The notes beneath the pieces are model-generated. The model was given only the letters and a program-made list of their open reading frames with translations, did no database searches and was not told the origin of the DNA. DNA of 64,000 nt from Balanoglossus misakiensis (taxonomy: Eukaryota; Animalia; Hemichordata), in contig CM082596.2 of the NCBI GenBank assembly GCA_040954595.2, positions 7,766,468 through 7,830,467 of the forward strand, given 5' to 3'. Of this stretch, positions 36,701-48,700 are shown piece by piece; within the stretch, counting starts at the first letter, position 1; every line of letters starts with the position of its first letter. Position numbers and translations under genes: made by a program.

Positions 36701-39700
36701 AGCATACATTGAAGTAAGTCAAACCTTAGTGTACTTGTGAATCCATACTACTATGCCACTTTTTCTTCTAAAACTCATTTTGACTGTCTTGCCGTGGCTC
36801 TCATACGTACTTAGACGCCTTTGGCAGTCTGAGCCCCCTGTAAAATGTACCAAATCGCACTGGTTTGCACTGTATTGGTCTGAGGGTCTTGTATAGGCCC
36901 TACTGATTAACACGCACTTGGCAGTCGAACAGACCTGGGAGCCAGGATTCTAGGAACCCTGGAAATCAAACTAGTTTCAACTGACTTAGCAGCGTTAGAC
37001 CTAAAGCACTTACCCATGATGTAATTTATTTGTATTTCAGTACACAACGGGCAAAGATGGCAGTGTTATGGGTGTTACAGTGACAAGGTCAGCCATGCTG
37101 TGTCACTGTAGAACTCTAACTGCAGCTTGTAACTACACAGAAGGCGAGGTCATGGTCAATGTGCTGGATTTCAAGAGAGATGTGGGAATGTGGCATGGAA
37201 TACTCACGGTAAGTTTATGTTGGTGGAAAAGTTATCAAACATTTTTGACTTTGATGTGCATGTAGATAACCTTGTTATGGGCCCAATTTGAAATTCCTGT
37301 ATGTTTGCCTAAAGTCAGAAAAAAAAACTATTGAAAATACCTCCACAAGACACTTCTTGATTTGATATAATTGATCCAATTTTTTTCAATGAAATCTCTA
37401 AATGTGGATCTGTTTTATTTTTCAGTCTGTGTTCAATGGTATGCATGTAGTATTTGTACCTTATTCACTGATGAAAATCAACCCAGCTTCATGGCTTCAT
37501 ATGGTCACTAAGTTCAAAGGCAAGTACTTTATTTTAGTTAATTTTTACTAATTTTTGTAAAAACATCTTTTAAATGTGTCATACTACACAAAAATTGAAT
37601 TTGTGACTCAGTTTTTACCAATTTTTGTAAAACATTTTTTGAATGTGTCGTACACACAAAAACTGCATTTTTAACTCTCTAAATCTGTGACTTTTGTGTT
37701 ATTAATGGCTCTTCATCTCCTGATTGGTCCATCACAGCGTCTGTAGCCGTGGTGAAGTCACGTGACATGCACTGGGGATTGGTGGCGCAGAAAGAACACA
37801 AAGACATCAACTTGTCCTCACTGAGGATGCTTCTAGTAGCAGATGGTGCAAATCCTTGTGAGTAAAGATTCTTTACTATCAATCACGTGATCTGGCCATG
37901 TGACCCACGGCGTTGTCATTTCCAGGTGACGGGCAAGCAATATTTCGGCATCCAGTTTTTTCGAGAATGTTTTTACTTTAAAACCGCCAGACACGTAACC
38001 TGTATCAGGTATAATGCCTTATCAGCCCAATGGAGTTTCGTCTGCACAGTCTTTGTCTGCACCACGTAAGTCCACGTTGCTGAATTTGCCCGTCATCTGG
38101 AAATTTGAATGCGAACGTAACTGCCGCCTGAGCGCGTCTGACATCATTTGATATCGAAGAATAGCAGTCAATAGAGCATTTTCAGAACTCATTGAGACTG
38201 CAAAATCTCGCGTGGCTGGGCAGTTTATACAGGACATTCTGATATAAAGACACATGAAAAAGAACACATGGCCCAACATGTTCCAACGGCACAAAGATAA
38301 TTTCTGCACCTACAGTCATGTATACTAGTTTCTTACAACGCTTGACTTACATTACTTGGCTTGCAACCTGTTGAAATGGTTATTAACAAAGTCTCGTGAG
38401 AGCTTGCAATGAGCAGAAAATCATCTTTTTTGATGAGCCTAACACGCATTAAATTTACATGTATGTACAGCCACATACTGTAGAACACTTTATTTTCGCG
38501 AGTAATAAATTTTCGCGAAATACGCGAGAGCCAAAATAGCGTGAAAATAAAAAGTCGCTTAAATTGTTTTTGAAGATAACGATGCAGTGAATGAAATAAG
38601 AGAATGCGAAAATTAATACTCGCGAAACAGTGGCCTCTCTCGATATTGCGAAAAATTTAACTCCTGAAAATAAAGTGTTTTACAGTAAATGATGCCAAAC
38701 TAATCACCATTGTCAATGTTACTCTCTCCCATTTCTTTGTCCAGGGTCCCTGTCTTCCTGTGATGCCTTTTTGAACACATTCCAAAGCAAAGGATTAAAA
38801 CCTGAAACCATCTGTCCGTGTGCTGGCTCTACAGAAGCGCTAACCATTGCTGTCAGAAGGTCAGTTTTGGCTGCTTGCAGTCTTCATTGATGTCCGGCTA
38901 GACATGGTTTGATAAACAGAAAATACACTGTGGAGTCAACATATAGGAGAGGCACGAATCTTCCCAGATTGTTACTAGTTAACTCTCATTGGTCTGTGTA
39001 GACTTTGGTTAAAGCGCGTAGCATGCGCGTAACTTCCCAGCAAATTTTCCATTCGATGCATTCAAATAGTGGACTGCCTTCGCTTCCTTCCATATTTCAT
39101 GCGCACCGTGTAAGTTGATTCTTGTTTTGTCCCTCCTTTTCACCCAAGCTAGTGTCTTTTCCCGATCTCCGACACAGATTATGGTCGCCGCCATCTTCTC
39201 TGTTGTTAGGACAGAGCACTGCCTTATGGGATTGACTGTTCACTAAACGTCTGTAACCAGCGGCTACAGTTGGAACATGCGTGTGAGACAAGCTACGCGC
39301 TTTAATAGTCCCAATCAATCTTTTGACAGAGAGCTCACGTGTGATTATTGTTTGATTTTCAGGCCTGGTAAACTGGGCAACACCGCAACGGGCCGGGGTG
39401 TGTTGTCCATGTCTGGGTTGAGTTACGGCGTTGTTAGGGTGGACACGGATGATAAGCTGACGTCGCTCACTCTACAGGATGTTGGTGTTGTCATTCCTGG
39501 AGGTAAGAAGGCGTATTTACCCTTTCATCACGATGGTTCAGTCCAAACCCATTGTTTTCTGTGGTAAGGCTGGACCTCTAAAGAGGGAACTGGGGGTGAA
39601 AGGGTTAAAGGTATACAACAATGTACAGTCACATCCCATATATGGCTGAAATTGCGTATTTGACAGTTCTAAAGAACATATGGTGGCACTCGTTTTTTCG

Positions 39701-42700
39701 CGTGTGCCACCCACTGAAAATCTGTGATTGGCTAGATCTCAATTTGCCATGGTAACTATAGCTAATTTTCCACAGGTGACCGTATGCCTTTAAGTCTCCA
39801 TCAGTAACTCAAATGACAAGGGAAATCTTGAAATGCACAGGAAAAGTCTAACGTCTGTAATAGTCAACAGTTATGTTACAAGACACACAACTGTCTGCAA
39901 TTTTTCATACATTGTAAGTAACAGATACCTACATCACAACCATCTGAACATAAATTGACAAGATGTCTAACTTATATTCTGCTTGGACATTCTTTTCCAC
40001 AGCTATCATGGCTGTTATCAAGATTGAAGGACCACCCTACCTGTGCAAAACAGATGAGGTCGGTGAACTGTGCATACACTCTGGTGCTATAGGGTCTTCG
40101 TATTGGGGACTGCCAGGAATTTCAAACGCTATTTTCAAGGTAAATTCTGATTTTATGAGGAAATCCTAAACAGTGGACTTCACATGTCGTGATTCAGTGG
40201 AAGAAAGCTGGTGCATGAAATCAATTTGTTATTAAATACTGTGTCTTTGCCAGAAGACACAAGTCATTGGGATTTGGTGTTTTGGAAATGGTATGGTCAT
40301 GAAATTATGCAATATAACATATTGTTCATTTCGTTTCAGATCCAGCCGTTGGGTACTGATGGCAGGACAGTTAGTGAACATTCATTTGTCAGAACTGGCT
40401 TACTGGGATTTCTCGGTCCGGTAAGATGACCAGATGTTTTCTCTCTGTGTGTTTGTGTTGATATCAAATGGTGCATGTATTCTCCTTCTGTATAGTTTTA
40501 ATATCTCAGTGTTCATCATAAGTTGCAGACAGTACATACTACATGGAAGTAACATTCTAGTAACTGGCTAAACTGATGAATTGACAGACCCACCGACAGA
40601 CAGACAGACGGATGCATACACGTAACAATTGATTGTGATACAGTCTTCTAATTATTGGTCAGAAGTCAAACTTGCCTATGTTTACTAGAGGTCATGGTGT
40701 TTTACAACTTCACACCAAGTGGAATTGATTTTATTCAAATTCAACATCAGGGCATCATAGTTTTACTTTCACAGATGCTAATTATTTTGTTGTCTTTATG
40801 CAATACAGGGTGGTCTTGTTTTTGTGTGTGGGAAGACAGAAGGTCTGATGCAAGTGAGCGGTCGGAGACATAACACGGATGACATCATAGCTACAGTACT
40901 GGCAGTAGAACCCATGAAATTTATTTACAGAGGAAGGTAACTTATACTAGTGTCAGACTACATTTGACAATTTTCGCAGTTAAATGCTATGATTTTTGGC
41001 TGACTTGTTTCATAGTGGATAGTTTTTCACAGTCCTGCTTGCGGATGAGCTAGCGATAGCTTTGACCCCTTAACCCCCGCTTCCCTATGTAGAGGTCCGA
41101 TTTACCGGAGAAAACAATGAATTTGGACTTAACCATGGCAGAGAAATGGTTTAACCAATCATGTAGTGTCATGTTCTTACATGTGTGTTCAGTACATTTG
41201 TATTTTGCGTATGGGTCAAAAAAACACATTGTTGCTCTTCAAAGAGTAAAAAAAATTGTAATCCCAAAGTTCAATTTTTATGAGACTTTTAGGTAATGTT
41301 TGGTTCTCATTTTTGACATGCGATATTTTCATTCCCTTCATTCCAGAATTGCTGTATTCTCCCACAAAGTGCTTCGAGATGAACGCGTCATTGTTATTGC
41401 TGAGCAGAGGCCGGATGCAACAGAAGAAGAGGTGAGATGATGTCTGTTTATCTTTATCTGTGCATGTAAAATCTGCTTGAATTGGAATGTATTCCTTGCT
41501 CAGAGAGAACATCTAAAACGATGGTTTGGTCTGTATTTGGATTTGGGGGGAGGTTTATGGAAAATTAATTCTCGCCAAAAATAATACACACACTTCTGGT
41601 AATACTTGTAGCTTGACGTTCTCATGTTTGTACATTGACAGTGTTTCCAGTGGATGAGTCGAGTCCTGCAGGCCATAGACAGCATACACCAAGTTGGTGT
41701 GTATTGCCTCATGCTGGTGCCTCATAACACACTCCCCAAGGTAACGTACATGTACAACTCTCTGAATTCTGCCACAGACTGGCTAGACAGTTTTTTCTCA
41801 AGAAAGCCTCGCATCGTAGTGTAGTTTGCATGCTTACATTCATGTTTGACAACATTGAGTTTAAAACCTTTTTTCTGTATTTTTTGTCCCAGAATTGCCT
41901 GAAATAAATAATAATTAAAATTAATTAATTGAGAGCCATGACTAACGAAAGCACTGCTTAGTGAGTGTCAAGTGTATCTGCAGTGTAGTCTACACTTTGT
42001 TTTCTGGTCACACCTATAACAGTATACAGACTGATCTTTGTGCGGTCAATCCAATTCATTTCAGACTCCCTTAGGTGGAATACATATCAACGAAACCAGG
42101 AGTAAATACTTGGAAGGTACCTTACACCCAACCAATGTACTGATGTGCCCACACACGTAAGTTGAAATCCACAACAGTTGTTCAGTTGGTATCTTTCATG
42201 ATGTAATTAATACTCAGGGTCCCTGCAAGTGGAAAAGGAAGAAATTTGAAACCACTTCAGGAAGAAAAACTTCATAAAAAATACTGCACGATCACTCTTA
42301 ATAGTCTTACCCACAAGGGCCTATTCAAGTGGGAAACATGGAATTTAAAACCATGCCAGAATTTTTTTTTATTGATACTAAAATTCTGCACACTCATGGA
42401 AACTAATGTTTCCACCCTCAAAACTTTACAGAATTTGAACTCAAAGCCACTAATTCATATATCAGGCAAGCTAGAAAATGTGAAAATTCCAAAACTAGAG
42501 ATTGTCACAGAACTGAAACCACTTGTATATTCTGCCTGTTTTTGCTCCCTAGGTGTGTGACAAATCTGCCCAAACCCAGGATCAAACCAGCAGAGGTGGG
42601 GCCAGCGTCTGTTCTCATGGGAAACCTTGTCAGTGGCAGCAGAATTGCCGGCGCTTCTGGCAGAGAGATCGGTTTGATTGATGAAGACAGCGATACTGCG

Positions 42701-45700
42701 AGGAAGGTAGGAGTGGCTTTGCCCTTATTTGGGATTTGAATTTTGGGTGTAGTTCTAGATAGTGATATTTAAAGAGCTGCTATTGGATGATAGTTTGGGT
42801 GTGCTGTTTTGCATATTCATATACTCATTAGCATAAACCAGTTAGTTGAGATGTAGAAAAAAGTGAAAGTTGTACGTGTGAATGTAGAAACCTTGTGAAG
42901 GTACACAGATGTAAATTACGATGTTATAATTGATAATTAGCATATTCATGATGTAGACTGGTTCACTCTGAAGACTTACCAGAACCTTGTTTTTCCAGAT
43001 ATAACTTCAATACTAAAATCTTGTATCTTTTTTATCGCTATTTTCAGTATCAGTTTTTGTCGGAAGTTCTTCGGTGGAGAGCACAAACAACTCCAGACCA
43101 TGTGCTGTTTAATTTATTGAATGCAAAGGTAAGACTGCTCCAAATACCAGTTACAGTAAAAAACAACAACAATGTTTTGACAAAGCTATTAAGTTTACCA
43201 CGTGTAAATCTATCATACTGGTGTTATAGTTTATACGGTATTCAAATATCTGAAATCAACACTTTCATCTATTTGTGCCATTTATAGTTTGGATTTCCTG
43301 TGATTTGCTCAGATAATGATCATCAGTCTGGCCCTACTTCCCTACATTTAACCACGGTCACCGTGATTTAACCTGACAGTTACCAACCCTTAGAAATTAA
43401 AAATAAATCTCTGTCGACTGTACCACACACCAATATAACCCTATCACCCAAATTTCCCTGTATGGAGGTCCAACTTTGCTTTAGAAAATCTTTTTTGGAC
43501 CAAACCATGGTGGTGAAGTGGTTAACGTTGATTAGCTAAAACAGACTGGTGTGTATGTCTTTACATTGACAGGGCAATATAGGGAGCGCTCTGACATGCC
43601 TACAGCTTCACAAGAAATCCGAGAGAGTGGCTGCATTCTTGCATGACAAAGTGAAAGTCAACACCGGCGACAATGTGGCCATGATCTATCCACCGGGCGT
43701 TGAGCTGATTGTAGCGTTCTATGCATGTCTCTATATTGGTGAGTCCAGATTTTATCTTCCATGAGTAAATCTGAAGACTTTCTAGATTGAAGATTTTAAA
43801 GTAAACATTGGTGGTGATATGGTGATGTGGGTTTATAATTTGACGTTAACTTGGCAGTTTAAAACTGTGCCAGAAAATTTGTCATCAGAAGGTTGTGTTG
43901 GATGTTTCAATGCTGATATTAAGGTATTTTGACATTTTTGAGTGAATTTTGGGGGATTTCTGTTGAACTCCAAATTCTGTGTCCCACCACAGGTGCTGTT
44001 CCTGTTGCCATTCGCCCTCCCCACGGCCAGAATATCTCCACAACCCTTCCGACCGTCAGGATGATCGTGGAGGTCAGCAAGTCCCGGGCGGTGCTCTCAA
44101 CATCGGCAATCATCAAGCTACTCAAGTCAAAGGTGGGTCGTGTGAAAGACTGTGTCCTATTGGCTGTCCTGGGTGCATTGTGTACTGCTATTGGTTGACC
44201 GGCTTCTTGAAAGCAGCTGAAAATTGAGTTCTCAAAATTCAGAGTTTAAAAACTAAAAGCTTTTGTCTTTTGCCTACAGGAGGCAGCTGGGGCCGTCGAT
44301 GTCAAATCATGGCCGCCCATCGTAGACACAGAAGATGTCCCTAAGAAAAAACTGGCCAGCTACTACCGGGCACCCACGCCAGAAATGTTGGCATATCTCG
44401 ATTTCAGCGTCTCGACAACGGGAATGTTGGCTGGTATCAAGGTGAGACAACAGAGATCCTCCATTGAAATGGAAACTGAGAGATATTGAATTTGTCCGTT
44501 GTATTCTTTTCAGTGGGATACATCAGTCTAGAAATTGTTATTTGCGTGTTACATGTTCCCAGGTTTTACACATATCAACATGTGTATATTCAGCAAGCTT
44601 TCAAAGCTGAGTGGTATAGTAACACTCATTTATGAGAGAGTGAGTGGGGTGAGTGAGTGTGAGAGGGGAGTGGCGGGATGGGCAGATGGAGTGCATGAAA
44701 AAATGCATGAGAGAAAAGTGGGAGGGAAGTAAACATATATATTTGATATGCAACTACTCTATCAGTTATCCCAAAATCATTTTAATGGTAAATGCTCTGT
44801 TTTGATTAGTAAGTTTGAACTAAGGTCTCCCCCATTGCGTGTCATTACAGATGTCCCATGCATCAGCTACAGCGCTGTGCCGATCACAGAAGTTGCAGTG
44901 TGAGTTGTATCCTTCGCGGATAGTGGCTCTGTGCCTGGATCCGTACAGTGGTCTGGGTTTTGTCTTGTGGGTGCTAAGCAGGTAGGAGCTGGGAGAATCA
45001 TGACATCCGTGTTGCCATGTCATTTCTGCCTCTTGTTAGTCGGGCTGAGAGGATCTGGAATGCTATCAGTTGCTAGTGCTGTGTTCTGTTCTGTCATACT
45101 TCCCAGTGATGTGATATTTCACAAATGGCTGTATTGGACATCTCATAATTCAATTGCGTGAAACATTAAATTCAGAATGAGAGAAAGAGAGAGAGAGTTT
45201 GAGAGAGAGAGAGAGCGTTTGAGAGAGAGAGGGAGAGAGAGAGAGACACACACACACACACAAAACTTGGTCACTGAAACTTAAAAGCTAACCATTCTTT
45301 GTTTTCTTCACCCAGTGTATACTCAGGACATCAGTCAATTCTAATCCCTCCCTCTGAAGTAGAAATGAATCCTGGTCTTTGGTTGACATCTTTGAGCCAG
45401 TTCAAAGGTCAGTAGTTTTCCTCAAATCTTTTGAAGTTTCCTTTTTCCTTTGAACATCTTATGACGACCGTGCAACAGTCATAAGTGATTGACAGTGCTT
45501 GTAAAACAAATGTATTGGTTGAAAACAATTCACGAGGGCGCTCTTCTGATCCAAGCATTTCTAAACCACCTTCTATGTGTAGTATCAATATGAATATTTC
45601 AGGCAGATATGGTTACTTAGGATTATATTTTGTGTTTCTGTTTTCAGTGAGAGACACGTTCTGTTCCTATTCGGTAATGGAACTTTGTACAAAAGGTCTT

Positions 45701-48700
45701 GGTACATCCACAGCTCATCTCAAGGTAATTACTAACCGTAGTTGAAGTTCACACTTTCTATTATTTATGCATTCTCGACATCCTAGTACAGCATTTCAAT
45801 GACAAGTGATAAATGAACCATGCTGAGGTGGACACTAAATGCAAAATGAGAAGTTAGCCATGTGAGTGGTTTTCTCAACTTTTACCAGAGCCAGTCATGG
45901 TTTTAACAACCTTCACACAAGCTTCAGTATCTCTCCCATTCAGACATTAGTAAACACCCTGAAATCTGTATTCTCCTAACACTTGGATAAATTACTCTGG
46001 CTGAACATGGGCATTCCCCAAACAGCTTGCAGTAGATACAGGCTATGTTTGTCGCAAACACAGGAATCTACTGCAAATTCTAATAATAATTAGTTCCACT
46101 GTATTTTGCAAATTGCTCAACTTCACTGATAATACTACAAATTGTATTTCACTAAGTCTATTCTAGTGTTCAGATTCAGCTCACACTCATGCACAATAAT
46201 GTATTTTTTCAACCTCTTTCAGACCAAAGGAGTTGATTTGACGTGTGTACGCACTTGCGTCGTGGTCGCTGAGGAGAGACCACGTATTACTCTGAGTAAC
46301 TCCTTCAGTAAATTGTTCCGACCGTTGGGTTTGTCGCCCAGGGCAGTCAGCACCTCTTTCGGATGTCGAGTCAATGTTGCTATATGCCTTCAAGTAAGTC
46401 GTCGGTCAATATTGTAAAAGTTAAATTGACGTATTTCAGATATATGCTATGAATGTACATGTATTTCATGTATATGCCAACGTATTTCATATTTATGTTA
46501 AGGTGTTTTCAAAGATCCCTTGAAACAAGTCTGACTTTTGTGAATATTTTATGTATCCATACAATATAATTATTTTAACCAATTCAGCGCCATGGTTTGG
46601 TCCAACTCCATTGTTTTTAACGCCAGTGCTGGACCTCTGTACATGGACATGGGGGTGAAAGGGTTAATTGAGTTAAGTGACTCATCCCAGTGGCTGGTGT
46701 AGTAAAAGTTGGGAGTGTCTGATTAACAATTCACCACTGGAGATTTAGGAGTGTCTGATTAGCAATTCACCATTGGAGATATGTAATCGCACTCTGCCAA
46801 TCTTAGGCCTCATTGAGTCTTCTGTGCAGTTTCCCTTGGAAATTGTTATTTGCCCTTTTTCACCAGTGGCATATACTGTAAAACACTTATTTTCGCGAGC
46901 ACTAAATTTACGCGAAATACGAGAGAGCCAAAATAGAATGAAAATAAAAAGTCGCGTAATTTTTTTTTTGAAGATAACGATGCAGTGAATGAAATAAGAG
47001 AACACGAAAATTAATACTCGCGAAACAGTGGCCTCTCTCTATATTACGGAAAAATTTAACTCGCGAAAAATAAAGTGTTTTACAGTATCCTGTATTAATG
47101 GTTTGTGCGATGTTTTCAGGGTGCGTCAAGTCCCGATCCAACCATAGTGTACGTAGACACCCGAGCCTTGCGTAACGACAGAGTGACCTTAGTGGAGAAA
47201 GGAAGTCCCGGCAGTATATGCGTCATGGAATCGGGCAAGGTGAGATGGCATTCCCCTTCATTGAATTATCACTAACTCTTGTCTGTCAGTACATGTAAAA
47301 CCATGGAAAAATGTGAAATTTCTGGACAACTTGTTGCCATCACCCTAAGACTTGGTTGTACCCAGTAAGGCAACTTAAAACACAGACATCAGTGGTTCTG
47401 TTAGATATTTCTCTTTGCGTACTTAGTACACATTCAGAATTGCATAAGAAATGATTATCAACATACTTCGTCTTCTTTTCAGATTCTTCCCGGTGTGAAG
47501 GTAGTAATAGCAAATCCCGAGACAAAAGGACAATGTGCAGACTCACATCTCGGAGAGGTAAGACACACTTCCGGAAAACATGAATATCATCAAGCCAGTG
47601 TAAAAAAAATATTCGGTCAAGGATACTGTTCTAAATGCCCTGCAACGGATGTGAATGAACAGATATTCACAGAAATTTGCATTGGTATTTAGTTCTGCGT
47701 TTATATTGGACGGAGAAACTCAATTCACTGTTATGTGTGCATTTTTGTACATTATAATCCATATTCACACACACACACACAAACTGTCACACATAAACAC
47801 TTTAAACATTTTATTAGTCCTTTATGTGCATTAAGAAAATAGGATAGATATATCTGGCAATCCTTGCCTGCAGTATCTCACTATACTATACTGTGGATAT
47901 TTCCAGCACCCTCTCACCAAACTTTCATGTGGTTAGGTCCAATATGACCATAGGAAACTGTGGCGTTGGATCGCACCATTATGTTGAAAGGGGAAAGATT
48001 AGTCAAGCAGTTAAACGTACCAGCACTGACTCTTGTCATTTCTGTATGGACAGGTTTGGGTGGGCAGCCCCCACAATTCCTGCGGTTACTACACCATCTA
48101 TGGAGATGACTCGCTGCATGCTGATCACTTCGACAGTCGACTGACCACAGGAGACACAGATACCACCTTTGCAAGGACCGGGTATCTTGGATTTATTAAA
48201 AGAACTGAGCTTACACAGGCAGATGGAGGTGGGTGATATATACTTTGGGGGGGGGGGAGGAGACAGGGTGGGGAAAGTGAGATCTTGCACGCTCATTTGA
48301 AGAAAGAATTTGCGTTAAATATGAAAGTATCTCAACAGTGTAGAATTTAAAAAATGGAGGTATGGATAGACTGGAGAGAAAGGCAGTATGATGAAGAATG
48401 CCTGGGGCATGAGCAGAAGGGACAGAATGTGTTTCATGTAGATACTGACATTGTAGTGTTATGTTGGTGGGTGGGTGGGTGGATGACAGATTTAGGCAAC
48501 TTGACTGTTGGTAGTGTTACCAAGCTACTGCCCCACTGGCAATTGGTTTTGTACGACGTCAACAAGTATCTACTTAACATGACATAAAGAAAGGCTAATT
48601 GTCTTTTTTTCTTTTTTTCTTCTTCAATTGAACAGGACGTCATGATGCTCTGTTCATAGTAGGTTCTCTTGATGAGACCATGATACTGCGTGGAATGAGA

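Noticed and set aside
46711-46782. 36-bp tandem duplication GGAGTGTCTGATTA.CAATTCACCA.TGGAGAT
   Set aside because: Two adjacent units with no spacer; not CRISPR-like.
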